A DNA stretch of 54,420 nucleotides from Pseudonocardiales bacterium (GCA_026393175.1 JAPLAT010000213.1:1-54420); one strand, 5' to 3'. Shown: positions 37,498-48,776, counted from the first letter of the stretch. Translations and numbers: made by a program. The notes: a model not told the origin generated them from the sequence alone.

Positions 37498-38643
37498 ATG
37501 AGCGCCACCCGATCCCCGTGGATGAACACCGACCTCGACGACTTCCGCGACATGGCCCGCACGTTCTGCGAGAAGGAGCTCGCACCCCATCAGGACCGCT
37601 GGATGGAGCAGAAGCAGGTCGACCGCGAGCTGTGGAACAAGGCGGGGGAGGTCGGCCTGCTGTGCCTGTCGATCCCCGAGGAGTACGGCGGCGGGGGCGG
37701 CAACTTCGCGCACGAGACCGTGCTGATCGAGGAACAGGCCGCCTGCGGGGACAGCTGCTGGGGAGTGGCCCTGCACAACGCGATCGTGGCGCACTACCTG
37801 CTCGCCTACGGGACCGAGCAGCAGAAGCTCGACTGGCTGCCGAAGATGGCCAGCGGCGAGTGGGTCGGCGCCATCGCGATGACCGAGCCGGGCACCGGAT
37901 CCGATCTGCAGAACGTGCAGACGAAGGCGGTCCGCGAGGGCGACGACTACGTGGTCAACGGGGCGAAGACGTTCATCACCAACGGGGGCCAGGCCGACGT
38001 GGTCCTCGTGGTGGCCAAGACCGATCCCGCGGCGGGTGCGCAGGGGATCTCGTTGCTCGTCGTGGAGGCGAACCGCGCCGGCTTCCGCCGCGGGCGGATC
38101 CTGGACAAGGTCGGGCTCAAGGGCCAGGACACCGCCGAGCTGTTCTTCGACGACGTCCGCGTTCCGGTCGGGAACCTGCTCGGCGGTAACGAGGGCCAGG
38201 GCTTCGTCCAGCTGATGCAGCAGCTTCCCCAGGAGCGGCTGCTCATCGGGATCACCTCGGTGGCCGCGATGGAGATGGCCGTGCGGGAGACCGTCCGTTA
38301 CACCAAGGATCGCTCGGCGTTCGGCCGGGAGGTCTTCTCGTTCCAGAACACCCGCTTCACCCTGGCCGAGGCCGCGACGGAGGCCCGGGTGTGCCGGGTG
38401 TTCCTCGACGACTGCATCGCCAAGCACCTCGCCGGGGAGCTCGACATCCCGACGGTCGCGATGCTCAAGTGGTGGACCAGCGAGCGTGCGATGCGCGTGA
38501 TCGACGAATGCGTGCAGCTGCACGGCGGCTACGGCTACATGAGCGAGTACCGGATCGCCCGTGCGTGGACCGACCAGCGGGTGCAGAAGATCTACGGCGG
38601 GACCAACGAGATCATGAAGGAGATCATCTCGCGCACGCTGTGA
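37498..38643 (+). CDS. Acyl-CoA dehydrogenase (long-chain type)
   Basis: AMTEPGTGSDLQ, GAKTFITNG, LPQERL and IYGGTNEIMKEII motifs. Confidence 0.95.
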   Translation: MSATRSPWMNTDLDDFRDMARTFCEKELAPHQDRWMEQKQVDRELWNKAGEVGLLCLSIPEEYGGGGGNFAHETVLIEEQAACGDSCWGVALHNAIVAHYLLAYGTEQQKLDWLPKMASGEWVGAIAMTEPGTGSDLQNVQTKAVREGDDYVVNGAKTFITNGGQADVVLVVAKTDPAAGAQGISLLVVEANRAGFRRGRILDKVGLKGQDTAELFFDDVRVPVGNLLGGNEGQGFVQLMQQLPQERLLIGITSVAAMEMAVRETVRYTKDRSAFGREVFSFQNTRFTLAEAATEARVCRVFLDDCIAKHLAGELDIPTVAMLKWWTSERAMRVIDECVQLHGGYGYMSEYRIARAWTDQRVQKIYGGTNEIMKEIISRTL

Positions 38644-38650
38644 ACGAGGC

Positions 38651-38680
38651 CGGACCCGGTCCGGCACGAGACCGGGTCCG
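38651..38680 (+). terminator. Terminator-like hairpin
   Basis: CGGACCCGGTC-N8-GACCGGGTCCG just after the stop codon. Confidence 0.7.
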
Positions 38681-38713
38681 ATACGGTGTCGACATCCGAA
38701 CGCGGGAGGCGCG

Positions 38714-39520
38714 ATGTCCGAAGCCGTGGCCGGGGTGCGCTGGCCCGCGGAGTGGCCGAAGCGGTCGGTGTTCGGGCTCGTCGTGCGCTCGGGGTGCGTC
38801 GTCGGGTTCGGTGCGCTGCTGCTCTGGACGGGTGTGGTGAGCATCGGTCGCGACGACGTCGGGTCGGTGATCGGGTCGGTGCTCGTGCTCGCCGGGGTGG
38901 CGCTCGTCGGCTCCGCGATGATCGGGATCGTCGCCGCGGCCGCGCACCGACCGCGGCGGCTGACCGTGGTCCGCGGGCGCTCCGAGCGTTTCGACGAGGA
39001 CGGCGTCGCCGTGCCCGGGGCCCGTGGCGTCGCCGTCGCCTCGGCCGTCGCGGCGGGAGCGCTCGCCCTCACCGCCGGGGCTCTGCTTTTAGCGCCCGGC
39101 CCGGCGTGGGTCGTGGCGTGCGTCGGGTTGCTCGGCGCCACCTGGCCGGTCGCGGCCGCGGTCCGCCGGCTGCGCGGGGCCGAGGCGCTGGTGGTCGTCC
39201 CGGCCGGGATCGAGTACCGCTCGCCGTCCGGCTCGGTGGCCGTGGACTGGGACTCCGTCGTGTCCGTCGTGGCCCGGGCGCCGTACCGAGGCCGCCTGAT
39301 CGGGGTGGTGACGAGCGCGCCTGCGCTGCGTCGACGGGGGACGCGCGGGCCCTGGTCGGCCGAGGAGGCCCCGACCTGGAGCGGCGGGCTGCCGCTGCCG
39401 GTCGACCGGCTCGACGCCGACCCGTTGCTGGTTCTCGACCTGCTCGACCGTGCCCGTACGGACCCGGCTCTGCGCGCCCGGCTCGGCTCGGACGTCGACC
39501 CGCGCTCCGCGGTGCGCTGA
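38714..39520 (+). CDS. Hypothetical membrane protein
   Basis: GGGAGG RBS, four hydrophobic segments and a soluble C-terminal domain. Confidence 0.7.
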   Translation: MSEAVAGVRWPAEWPKRSVFGLVVRSGCVVGFGALLLWTGVVSIGRDDVGSVIGSVLVLAGVALVGSAMIGIVAAAAHRPRRLTVVRGRSERFDEDGVAVPGARGVAVASAVAAGALALTAGALLLAPGPAWVVACVGLLGATWPVAAAVRRLRGAEALVVVPAGIEYRSPSGSVAVDWDSVVSVVARAPYRGRLIGVVTSAPALRRRGTRGPWSAEEAPTWSGGLPLPVDRLDADPLLVLDLLDRARTDPALRARLGSDVDPRSAVR

Positions 39521-39673
39521 CGCGGCTTCCCCGTCGCGCAACTGTCGCCGAGCGCACCCCGGCGTTAACCGCAGCTAACCATTTTGGGCGATGCCCGTTA
39601 CCTCCGCCTGCCCGGCCCGTTGAGACCAGCATCACGGTCCATCTCCGGGCCACGAGCGGAACGAGGGGACGCG

Positions 39674-40459
39674 GTGACCGCAGCAGGTCGATTCCCTGGT
39701 AGCACAGCCCTGCAGGAGGTCGGGCAGCTCCTGGCGCTCGCGCGGGAGGTCGGCCGGGCCCTGTTCCGCCCCCCGTTCCAGACCAAGGAGTTCATCCAGC
39801 AGTCCTGGTTCGTCGCGAGCGTGACGATGCTGCCGGCCGCGCTGGTGTCCATCCCGTTCGGCGCGGTGATCGCCCTGCAGCTGGCGTCGCTGACCGAGCA
39901 GCTGGGTGCACAGTCGTTCACCGGGTCGGCGGGCGTGCTGGCGATCGTCCAGCAGGCGGCGCCGGTCGTCACCGCGCTGCTGATCGCGGGGGCGGGCGGC
40001 TCGGCGATCTGCGCCGATCTCGGCGCCCGCACCATCCGCGAGGAGATCGCCGCGATGGAGGTGCTCGGCATCTCCCCCATCCAGCGGCTCGTCGTCCCCA
40101 GGGTGCTGGCCGCGATGCTGGTCGCGGTCGTGCTCTCCGCGATGGTCAGCGTCGTGGGCGTGCTGGGCGGCTACTTCTTCAACGTGGTGCTGCAGGGCGG
40201 CACGCCCGGGGCGTACATCGCGTCGTTCTCCGCGCTCTCGCAGCTCTCCGACATCGTGATCGGTGAGATCAAGGCGGCACTCTTCGGGCTGATCGCCGGG
40301 ATCGTCGCCAGCTACCGGGGCCTCAACACCCCGCCGGGCCCCCGCGGCGTAGGGGACGCGGTCAACCAGTCGGTGGTCATCACCTTCCTCCTGCTGTTCC
40401 TGTTCAACCTCATCCTCACGGCGATCTATCTGCAGGTCGTCCCGCCCAAGGGATCGTGA
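39674..40459 (+). CDS. YrbE A permease (Mce operon 2)
   Basis: AGAGGSAICADLGARTIREEI and GVGDAVNQSVV motifs. Confidence 0.94.
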   Translation: MTAAGRFPGSTALQEVGQLLALAREVGRALFRPPFQTKEFIQQSWFVASVTMLPAALVSIPFGAVIALQLASLTEQLGAQSFTGSAGVLAIVQQAAPVVTALLIAGAGGSAICADLGARTIREEIAAMEVLGISPIQRLVVPRVLAAMLVAVVLSAMVSVVGVLGGYFFNVVLQGGTPGAYIASFSALSQLSDIVIGEIKAALFGLIAGIVASYRGLNTPPGPRGVGDAVNQSVVITFLLLFLFNLILTAIYLQVVPPKGS

Positions 40460-41322
40460 TGTCCGCCGAACGCGACAACCTGCGCCTGCTCGTCGACCCG
40501 CGGCTGCGGCGCGCCGCCGGTGCCCCCGTCCGGTGGCTGGACGACCTCGGCAGCCAGATGCTGTTCTTCCTGCGGACCCTCGCCTGGGGACCGCGCACCG
40601 TGCGGCGCTACAAGCGCGAGGTGATCCGGCTGCTGGCCGAGGTCAGCTTCGGCTCCGGTGCGCTCGCGGTGATCGGCGGCACCGTCGGCGTGGTCACCGC
40701 GATGTGCTTCTTCACCGGCAGCGTCGTGGGCCTGCAGGGCTTCGCCGCGCTCAACCAGATCGGTGCCTCGGCGCTGACCGGCTTCATCACCGCCTACTTC
40801 AACACCCGCGAGATCGCGCCGCTGGTCTCCGGCATCGCGCTGTCGGCCACCGTCGGCTGCGGGTTCACCGCTCAGTTGGGTGCGATGCGCATCTCCGAGG
40901 AGATCGACGCCATCGAGGTGATGGCCGTGCCGAGCCTGCCCTTCCTGGTGACCACCCGCGTCGTCGCCGGTCTGGTCGCCGTGGTCCCCATCTACGTGAT
41001 CGGGCTGGTGTCCTCCTACGGTTCCTCGCAGGTCGTCACGACCGTCTTCTACGGGCAGTCGGCCGGCACCTACGAGCACTACTTCGAGCTCTTCCTCCCG
41101 CCGGGCGACGTGCTCTGGTCCTTCGGCAAGGTCCTCCTCTTCGCGGTGGTGGTGATCATGGTGCACTGTCGGGCGGGCTACACCGCGAGGGGCGGGCCGG
41201 CCGGGGTCGGCGTCGCCGTCGGCAACGCGGTGCGCACCTCGCTGGTCGTGGTGACGCTGCTCGACCTGATGCTGAGCCTGGCCATCTGGGGTTCCACGAC
41301 CACGGTCCGGATCGCCGGATGA
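40456..41322 (+). CDS. YrbE B permease (Mce operon 2)
   Basis: FNTREIAP and GFTAQLGAMRISEEIDA motifs. Confidence 0.94.
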   Translation: MMSAERDNLRLLVDPRLRRAAGAPVRWLDDLGSQMLFFLRTLAWGPRTVRRYKREVIRLLAEVSFGSGALAVIGGTVGVVTAMCFFTGSVVGLQGFAALNQIGASALTGFITAYFNTREIAPLVSGIALSATVGCGFTAQLGAMRISEEIDAIEVMAVPSLPFLVTTRVVAGLVAVVPIYVIGLVSSYGSSQVVTTVFYGQSAGTYEHYFELFLPPGDVLWSFGKVLLFAVVVIMVHCRAGYTARGGPAGVGVAVGNAVRTSLVVVTLLDLMLSLAIWGSTTTVRIAG

Positions 41323-42518
41323 GCGGGGAGTGGAGCCGGACCGCGATACGGCTGCTCGGAGTCGGGTTCATCGCCATGGTCATCGGGGCGGTGGTGCTCA
41401 CCGTGGCGCTCTACGAGAAGGCGTTCACCCCGGTCGTGCCGGTGACCCTGCAGCTCACCGAGCTGCCCGACCAGTTCGAGGAGTCCGCCGACGTCAAGCT
41501 CGACGGACTGATCGTCGGCGCCGTCGAGTCCATCGCCCAGCGTGACGGGCTGGTCGAGGTGCGCCTCGGACTCGACCCGGCGGTCGTGGATCTGATCCCG
41601 GCCGACGTGTCCGCCCGGCTGGTGCCCAAGACCCTGTTCGGTCCGCGGTTCGTCGACCTCGAGACCACGGGGACGACGACGGCACCCTTGGCGGAGGGCG
41701 CGGTCATCGGCCTCGACCGTTCCTCGAGCGCGATCGAGCTGCAGCGCCTGCTCGACGGCCTGCTCCCGCTGCTGCGCCAGGTCCAGCCCCAGGACCTGGC
41801 GATGACGCTCAACGCGGTGTCCACGGCGCTGTCGGGCAACGGCGCGGACCTGGGGGAGACGGCGGTGCTGCTGCAGGACTACCTCGTCGAGCTCAACACC
41901 GTCCTGCCGGACCTGCAGGCCGACATCAGCGGGCTGGCCGACACCGCCGACCTCTACACCGACGCGGCCCCGGACCTGCTCGACGCCGCCGAGGACCTGA
42001 CCGTCACCAGCCGGACCGTCGCCGAGCTGGAGGCGCAGCTCGCCGCGCTCTATCCCACTGTCACCGCGGCGTCGGACGACCTGACGCAGTTCCTCGACCT
42101 CAACGGCACCACCGTCGTCGAGTTGGCGGCAGCGGCCAACCCGACCCTGGGCCTGCTCGCGCGGTACTCACCCGTGTTCGCCTGCACCTTCGACAACCTC
42201 GCCGTGATGGACGGGCGGCTCGCCCGCCTGTGGGGCGGCGGGCGCGAGTTCCCCGGCCTCTACCTCGACATCGAGGTCGGCGGCAGCCGGGGCAAGTACC
42301 TGCCGGGCCAGGACGAGGCCCGCTACCTCGACGACCGGGCCCCGTACTGCGTCCCCGGACCGCCGGAGGGGATCAACGCCTCGCAGTACGCCGGTGGGGA
42401 GCACCCCGAGTACTCGCTGCCCGGCGGGCCGATCGAGGACGGGTCCAACCATCCGCTGCCCCAGCGCTACCAGAGCGAGACCGACCCCGTGGCGAATCTG
42501 ATCGGAGGCGGACGATGA
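41319..42518 (+). CDS. MceA-like protein (operon 2)
   Basis: ADVKLDGLIVG and PKTLFGPRFVDL motifs; first position in the operon. Confidence 0.9.
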   Translation: MSGEWSRTAIRLLGVGFIAMVIGAVVLTVALYEKAFTPVVPVTLQLTELPDQFEESADVKLDGLIVGAVESIAQRDGLVEVRLGLDPAVVDLIPADVSARLVPKTLFGPRFVDLETTGTTTAPLAEGAVIGLDRSSSAIELQRLLDGLLPLLRQVQPQDLAMTLNAVSTALSGNGADLGETAVLLQDYLVELNTVLPDLQADISGLADTADLYTDAAPDLLDAAEDLTVTSRTVAELEAQLAALYPTVTAASDDLTQFLDLNGTTVVELAAAANPTLGLLARYSPVFACTFDNLAVMDGRLARLWGGGREFPGLYLDIEVGGSRGKYLPGQDEARYLDDRAPYCVPGPPEGINASQYAGGEHPEYSLPGGPIEDGSNHPLPQRYQSETDPVANLIGGGR

Positions 42519-43579
42519 GTGTCGACCTGCGCGGGGTCGTCGCACCGCTGGTGAAGATGCTCGTGTTCATCGTGGTCACGGCCGTGGCCACGACCGGTCT
42601 GGCGATCGTCATCACCAACTACAGCCCCGGGGACCGGACGAGCTACACAGCGCGGTTCACCGACGTCACCGGCCTGGTCGAGGGCGACGACGTGCGGATC
42701 GCCGGAGTCCGCGTCGGGTCCGTCGAGGACATCCGGGTGGTCGAGCAGACCCTGGCCGAGGTGCGGTTCACGGTGCTCGCCGACCGGTCGCTGCCGGGGA
42801 CCTCGACGGCCGCGATCCGCTACCGCAACCTGGTGGGCCAGCGCTACCTGGCGATCGGGCGCGGCGACCCCGCCCCCGGACCGGCGCTGGACCCCGGCGC
42901 GACCATCCCGCTGGAGCGCACCACCGGCCCGCTCAACCTGACCGCCCTGCTCAACGGGTTCCGGCCGCTGTTCCAGGCGCTCTCGCCGCAGGAGGTCAAC
43001 CAGCTCTCCTACGAGATCATCCAGGTGCTGCAGGGTGAGGGCGGCACCATCCGCAGCCTGCTCACCCGCACCGCGGACCTGACCGGCGCGATCGCCGACC
43101 GCGACGCGGTGATCGGCGAGGTGATCACCAACTTCGACGAGGTGCTGGGCACCGTCGCCGACCGGGACACCGAGCTCGGCGCGGTGCTCACCCAGCTCCA
43201 GCAGCTGGTGAGCGGGCTGGCCGAGGACCGCCGCCCGATCGGCGACGCGGTGGCGGCACTGGGGGAGCTGACCGACACGACCGCCGGCCTGCTCGACGAG
43301 GCCCGTCCCGCGCTGCGCAGCGACATCGCCGCGCTCGGCGACCTGTCCCGCCGGCTGGCCGACCAGGAGGGCGAGATCGAGCCCGCCCTGCAGAACCTGC
43401 CGATCAAGGCCGAGAAGATGGTGCGCAACTTCAGCCAGGGTGGCGGCTTCTTCTCGTTGTTCCTGTGCTCGGTGTCCACCCAGATCGGCTGGTCGGCGAT
43501 GGGCATCGAGCCGGTCCAGCTCACCGACATCTACCCGGACGCCACGGTGCTGGCGCCGCAGCCGAGGTGCGTGCAATGA
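42515..43579 (+). CDS. MceB-like protein (operon 2)
   Basis: GDDVRIAGVRVG, YRNLVGQRYL and LLNGFRPLF motifs. Confidence 0.92.
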   Translation: MSVDLRGVVAPLVKMLVFIVVTAVATTGLAIVITNYSPGDRTSYTARFTDVTGLVEGDDVRIAGVRVGSVEDIRVVEQTLAEVRFTVLADRSLPGTSTAAIRYRNLVGQRYLAIGRGDPAPGPALDPGATIPLERTTGPLNLTALLNGFRPLFQALSPQEVNQLSYEIIQVLQGEGGTIRSLLTRTADLTGAIADRDAVIGEVITNFDEVLGTVADRDTELGAVLTQLQQLVSGLAEDRRPIGDAVAALGELTDTTAGLLDEARPALRSDIAALGDLSRRLADQEGEIEPALQNLPIKAEKMVRNFSQGGGFFSLFLCSVSTQIGWSAMGIEPVQLTDIYPDATVLAPQPRCVQ

Positions 43580-44559
43580 GGTTCCTCCTCGAGGGCAACC
43601 GGATCCCCACGGCGGTGATCGGTCTGACGGTCATCGTCGCCTTCATCCTCGGTGCCTTCTTCGTCGACGAGCTCCCGGTGATCGGGAGCGGTCCCAGCTA
43701 CCGCGCCGAGTTCTCCGAGGCGGCCGGGCTGCGCGACGACGACGAGGTCCGGGTCGCCGGGGTCAGCGTCGGCCGCGTGGAGTCGATCGAGCTGGCCGGG
43801 GACCGCGTTCGGGTCGGTTTCACCGCCGACGAGGCCTGGGTCGGTGACGCCAGCTCGGCCTCCATCGAGATCAAGGACCTGCTCGGTCAGAAGTACCTGT
43901 CGATCGAGCCCGCCGGATCGGCCGCCCTGGCACCCGGCGCGACGATCCCGCTGGAGCGCACCCGCTCGCCCTACGACGTGACCCAGGCGCTGGAGGGCCT
44001 CAGCGACACGGTGGGCGAGCTGGACACCGCGCAGCTCGCCGAGGGCATGCGGGTGGTGGCGGACACGTTCGCGGACTCCCCGGAGGAGGTCCGCGGGGCA
44101 CTCGACGGGCTGTCCCGGCTCTCCCGCACCATCTCCAGCCGGGACGCCGAGCTCGCCTCGCTGCTCGACGGGGCGAACACGGTCAGCGGCGTGCTCGCGG
44201 ACCGGGACGAGACCTTCGCGCGGCTGCTCTCCGACGGCGAGCTCCTGCTGGCCGAGCTGTCCCGGCGCCAGGAGGCGATCGACTCCTTCCTCGCCGGTGC
44301 GCGCCGGATGTCGGCGCAGTTCACCGGGCTGGTGGAGGACAACCGCGAGCAGATCGGCCCGGCACTGGCCGAGCTGGAGCGGATCACCACGATCCTGCAG
44401 CGCAACCGCGACAACCTCGCCCTCGGGATCGAGCGTCTCGCACCGGTCATCCGGGTGGGCGCGAACATCATCGGCAACGGCCGCTGGTTCGAGGCGTACT
44501 TCTGCAACATCGCGCCCCCGTCGGTGGGCCCGATCAACTCCGAGGGGTGCACGCTGTGA
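43576..44559 (+). CDS. MceC-like protein (operon 2)
   Basis: EAAGLR, LLGQKYL, RTRSPYD and GNGRWF motifs. Confidence 0.92.
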   Translation: MRFLLEGNRIPTAVIGLTVIVAFILGAFFVDELPVIGSGPSYRAEFSEAAGLRDDDEVRVAGVSVGRVESIELAGDRVRVGFTADEAWVGDASSASIEIKDLLGQKYLSIEPAGSAALAPGATIPLERTRSPYDVTQALEGLSDTVGELDTAQLAEGMRVVADTFADSPEEVRGALDGLSRLSRTISSRDAELASLLDGANTVSGVLADRDETFARLLSDGELLLAELSRRQEAIDSFLAGARRMSAQFTGLVEDNREQIGPALAELERITTILQRNRDNLALGIERLAPVIRVGANIIGNGRWFEAYFCNIAPPSVGPINSEGCTL

Positions 44560-45776
44560 GCGCCGGGTCCTGGATCGAACAGCACGCCCGCCCGATCGCG
44601 GTCGGTGCGATCGCGGTGCTGGTCGCGGTCGGCGCCGCCGCGGCCCTCGGCGGGGCCGAGCCGCGGCGGGTCACCGCCTACTTCGGCTCGGCGGTGGGCC
44701 TCTACGCCGGGTCCGACGTGCGGGTGCTGGGTGTCCCGATCGGCCGGGTCGCCGAGGTGGTGCCCGAGGGTGACCGGGTCCGCGCCGAGCTGGAGCTCGA
44801 CGACGGATGGGACGTCCCCGCCGACGCGCTCGCGGCCGTGGTCATCCCCACCCTCGTGGCCGACCGGTACGTGCAGCTCGCCCCGGCCTACACCGGCGGC
44901 GAGCGGCTCGCCGACGGGGCGGTGATCCCGCTGGAGCGCACCGCGGTGCCGGTCGAGCTGGACGAGATCGTCTCGTCGGTCGACGACCTGACCACCGCGC
45001 TGGGCCCCGAGGGCGCCAACCGCGACGGGGCGCTGTCGGAGCTGCTGCAGGTGGGAGCCGACAACCTGGACGGCAACGGTGTGCTGCTGGGCGACACGAT
45101 CACCGAGCTGTCCGGGGCGACCGCCACGCTGTCCGGGTCGCGCGAGGAGCTGTTCGGGACCATCGCCGGGCTGCAGGAGTTCACCAGCACGCTGGCGGCG
45201 AACGACGACGACGTCCGCGCCTTCACCGAGCAGCTGGCGCAGGTCAGCGGCTTCCTCGAGGAGGACCGCCCGCAGCTCGACGCGGCCCTGCGCGAGGGCG
45301 CGGCCGCGCTCGGCACGCTGGCCCGGTTCGTCGCCGACAACCGCGAGGCGCTCGACACCGACGTCGAGCAGCTGGTGTCGGTCACCGGGGTGCTGGTCGA
45401 GCAACGCGACGCGCTCGCCGAGATCCTGGACGTCGGGCCGATGGCGTTCAACAACCTGCTCAACACCTACGACCCGTCCAGCGGCACCCTGCACGCCCGG
45501 CTCAACGTCAACGAGCTGGCCTACCCGCCGTTGCTGACCGCCTGCGATCTGGTGGACCGGATCCTGCCCGAGCCCGAGGGACAGGTCACCGAGGAGGTCG
45601 AGGACCTGTGCCGGCCGGTGCAGAACGTGCTCGACGACGTCGTCCGGTTGCCCACCGGGACCGAGGTGCTCACGGCGCTGCAGACCGGTGACCTCGGGTC
45701 GCTGCCGCTGTCGCTGTTCCCCGAGCCCGGCGACGAGCGGACGGGCCTCTACCAGCCCGAAGGGGGCAGCCGATGA
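44556..45776 (+). CDS. MceD-like protein (operon 2)
   Basis: [16 protein letters not shown] and LVADRYVQL motifs. Confidence 0.92.
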   Translation: MSAGSWIEQHARPIAVGAIAVLVAVGAAAALGGAEPRRVTAYFGSAVGLYAGSDVRVLGVPIGRVAEVVPEGDRVRAELELDDGWDVPADALAAVVIPTLVADRYVQLAPAYTGGERLADGAVIPLERTAVPVELDEIVSSVDDLTTALGPEGANRDGALSELLQVGADNLDGNGVLLGDTITELSGATATLSGSREELFGTIAGLQEFTSTLAANDDDVRAFTEQLAQVSGFLEEDRPQLDAALREGAAALGTLARFVADNREALDTDVEQLVSVTGVLVEQRDALAEILDVGPMAFNNLLNTYDPSSGTLHARLNVNELAYPPLLTACDLVDRILPEPEGQVTEEVEDLCRPVQNVLDDVVRLPTGTEVLTALQTGDLGSLPLSLFPEPGDERTGLYQPEGGSR

Positions 45777-46942
45777 GTCGGCTCCGATCCGCACTCGTCG
45801 CGCTCCCGCTCGCGGTGCTGCTCGCCGGCTGCGGCAGCGGCGGCGTGTACGACTTCCCGTTGCCCGGCGGCGCGGACGTCGGCGACCGGCCCTACACGGT
45901 GACGGTCCAGTTCCAGGACGTGCTCGACCTCGTGCCACGGTCCATGGTCAAGGTCGACGGGGTCGAGGTCGGCCGCGTCGAGTCCGTCGCGCTGGCCGCG
46001 GACGGGTGGACCGCAGACGTGCTCGTCACCCTGCCCGGCGACGTGGCGGTGCCCCAGGACGCGACCTTCAGCCTGCAGCAGACGAGCCTGCTCGGCGAGA
46101 AGTACGTGTCGATCTCCGTGCCCGAGGGGGCGACGGGCCGGATCGCCCCCGGCACCGTCGTCCCGCTGGCCGCCACCGACCGCGGCGTGGAGGTCGAGGA
46201 GGTTCTCGGCGCGCTGTCCATGGTCCTCAACGGTGGCGCCGTCGAGCAGGTCCGCACGATCGCCCAGGAGGTGAACGCGGCCCTGGAGGGCAACGAGACC
46301 GAGGTCCGGGCCCTGCTCGGGGACCTCGACACCTTCGTGGGTGGGCTCGACGAGCAGCGCACGGAGATCGTGCGTGCGCTCGACTCGCTCAACGCGCTCG
46401 GCGGGCAGCTGCAGGCCCGCACCGGGCAGATCGCCGCGGTGCTGGAGGGGATCGGCCCGGGCCTCGCCGTCCTGGAGTCCCAGCGCACGGAGCTGGTCGG
46501 CATGCTGGCGTCGCTGGACCGGCTCAGCGACGTCGGGGTCGACGTGATCAACCGCAGCCATGACGACGTCGTCGAGGACCTGCGGCTGCTCACCCCCACG
46601 CTCGAGCAGCTGGCCGTCTCGGCCGAGGACCTGGCCGTGAGCCTCTCCGTCGTGCCCACCTACCCGTTCCACGACGAGTACATCCGGGCCGAGCAGGGCG
46701 ACTACGTGGACGGTTTCCTCCGGGTCACCGGGGACCTCACCGACATCCTCGGCAATCTCGGCCGGACCCAGCAGCCGATCCTCGACCCGGGGATCCTGGG
46801 CGGGCCGCAGGCCGGTGGCGTCGAGCAGCCATCGCCGGCCTCACCGGGGGAGATCCCGCCCGTCCCGATCCCCGCCCTGCCCGGCGGCGGCGGGCAGGGC
46901 GGCCTCGGCGACCTCGTCGGCTCCGTCATCGGAGGTGGCTGA
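45773..46942 (+). CDS. MceE-like lipoprotein (operon 2)
   Basis: Lipobox LLAGC, PLPGG and [10 protein letters not shown] motifs. Confidence 0.92.
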   Translation: MSRLRSALVALPLAVLLAGCGSGGVYDFPLPGGADVGDRPYTVTVQFQDVLDLVPRSMVKVDGVEVGRVESVALAADGWTADVLVTLPGDVAVPQDATFSLQQTSLLGEKYVSISVPEGATGRIAPGTVVPLAATDRGVEVEEVLGALSMVLNGGAVEQVRTIAQEVNAALEGNETEVRALLGDLDTFVGGLDEQRTEIVRALDSLNALGGQLQARTGQIAAVLEGIGPGLAVLESQRTELVGMLASLDRLSDVGVDVINRSHDDVVEDLRLLTPTLEQLAVSAEDLAVSLSVVPTYPFHDEYIRAEQGDYVDGFLRVTGDLTDILGNLGRTQQPILDPGILGGPQAGGVEQPSPASPGEIPPVPIPALPGGGGQGGLGDLVGSVIGGG

Positions 46943-48204
46943 TGCTCACCCGCACCGTCCGGATCCAGGTCACGGTCTTCCTGCTGATCGCTGTGCTCGG
47001 CGTCTCCTACACCGGCATCCGCTACGCCGACCTGGGCCGGTTCGTCGGCCTGGACGGCTACCGCGTCGACGTCGAGCTCGCCGAGTCCGGCGGGATCTTC
47101 GCCAACGCGGAGGTCACCTACCGCGGCGTCCCGGTGGGCCGGGTCGACCGGCTGGAGCTGCGCCCCGGCGGGGTCACCGCGGTCCTGGGGATGGACCGCG
47201 GTGGCCCGGACATCCCGGCCTCGGCGTCCGCGGTGGTCGTCAACCGCTCGGCGGTCGGCGAGCAGTACGTCGACCTGCGCCCGGACGCCACCGGCGGCCC
47301 GGCCCTGGCGGACGGATCGATCATCCCGGTGGGCCGGACCAGCGTCCCGCTGCCGATCGAGCAGGTGGTGGCCAGTGCCGACGGCCTCGTCCGATCGGTG
47401 CCGCTCGACGACCTGAGCACGGTCGTGGAGGAGCTGGGTCTGGCGTTCTCCGACACCGGTCCGGCGCTGCGGTCGCTGGTGGTGGACGGCCAGGCCCTGA
47501 CCCGGGCGGCCATCGAGGCGAAGGACCCGACGCTGCAGCTGATCCGCGACGCCCGCACCGTGCTGCAGACCCAGAACGACCTGGCTCCGCAGGTCCGCTC
47601 GTTCAGCGACGACCTGCGGCTGGTCGCCGAGCAGCTGCGGACCTCCGACCCCGACCTGCGCGGGCTGGTCCGGACGCTGCCGCAGCTCGCCGGCGAGGTC
47701 CGGAACGTGCTCACCGACACCGGTGCACCCCTGGAGGGCCTGCTCGCCGACCTGCTGACCACCTCGCGCCTGCTGGAGCCCCGGACCGACGGGCTGCGCC
47801 AGCTGCTGGTCACCTTCCCGGTGATGTCGGCGGGCAGCTTCAGCGTGGTGCCCGAGGACGGCATCGGCAACATCCAGCTCGACCTCAACCTGGCCGAGCC
47901 GCCCGTGTGCACCCGTGGCTACGAGGGCACGGTGCGCCGCCCGGGGTCGGAGACCTCCGACGACATGCCCGCCAACTACGATGCGCGCTGCGCGGAGACC
48001 TCCCCCAGCCCCATCGGGGTGCGGGGCGACGGGAACGCCCCCGACTACGGTCCGGCCCCCGAACCGACCGAGCCCGGCGGGTTCCGGCCCACGGGCACCC
48101 GCCTGTCCGCCGGGCAGGACGACGACGTCCCCGGGTTGGCCGGCGCCCCCGCGCTCCCCGGCCCCCCGGCGACGATCGCCGGACCACTGGAGGCGCAGCG
48201 ATGA
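46942..48204 (+). CDS. MceF-like protein (operon 2)
   Basis: SGGIFANAEVTYRGV, SAVGEQYVDL and PPVCTRGY motifs. Confidence 0.92.
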   Translation: MLTRTVRIQVTVFLLIAVLGVSYTGIRYADLGRFVGLDGYRVDVELAESGGIFANAEVTYRGVPVGRVDRLELRPGGVTAVLGMDRGGPDIPASASAVVVNRSAVGEQYVDLRPDATGGPALADGSIIPVGRTSVPLPIEQVVASADGLVRSVPLDDLSTVVEELGLAFSDTGPALRSLVVDGQALTRAAIEAKDPTLQLIRDARTVLQTQNDLAPQVRSFSDDLRLVAEQLRTSDPDLRGLVRTLPQLAGEVRNVLTDTGAPLEGLLADLLTTSRLLEPRTDGLRQLLVTFPVMSAGSFSVVPEDGIGNIQLDLNLAEPPVCTRGYEGTVRRPGSETSDDMPANYDARCAETSPSPIGVRGDGNAPDYGPAPEPTEPGGFRPTGTRLSAGQDDDVPGLAGAPALPGPPATIAGPLEAQR

Positions 48205-48776
48205 CCGTGACCGACATCGAGCCCGCCCTCGACCCGTCCCGCGGGTCACCCGGGGCCGGGGCGGCCGGCCCGCTGTGGCGTCGGCTCGCCACCGGCGCGC
48301 TCGTCCTCGCGCTGTGCGGGGTGCTGTGCGCCGCCGGGTTCGGCGTGGCGCTCGCCCTGGCCGCCGGGTCGGAGGACGCGGGCGTGGCCCGCGCCCGGGA
48401 CGCCGTCCGGCTGGACGCCGAGAACGCCGCGGCGGTACTCAACACCCTGTCCCCGGACACGGCCGAGGAGGGCATCGACCGGTGGGAGGAGGTGGCGACC
48501 GGGCCGCTGCTCGCCGAGCTGACGCGCAGCCGCGCGGCGTTCGTGGAGACCATCCAGCAGGCCCGGCGGAGCACGGAGGCCCGCCCGCTGGACTCCGCCG
48601 TCGCGACGCTCGACCTCGCCGGCGGCACCGCCACGGTCCTGGTGTCTGCCGACATCCTCACCACCCCGCCCGACGGGGAGCCGGTGACCAACCGGCAACG
48701 ACTGGAGATCGTCATGACCCGCACCGACGAGGGCTGGAAGGCCAGCGGCGTGCGCGTGATCGGGCTCAACCCGTGA
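48201..48776 (+). CDS. Mce-associated membrane protein (Mam-like) 1
   Basis: Single TM plus a C-terminal domain ending MTRTDEGWKAS; position after mceF. Confidence 0.82.
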   Translation: MTVTDIEPALDPSRGSPGAGAAGPLWRRLATGALVLALCGVLCAAGFGVALALAAGSEDAGVARARDAVRLDAENAAAVLNTLSPDTAEEGIDRWEEVATGPLLAELTRSRAAFVETIQQARRSTEARPLDSAVATLDLAGGTATVLVSADILTTPPDGEPVTNRQRLEIVMTRTDEGWKASGVRVIGLNP

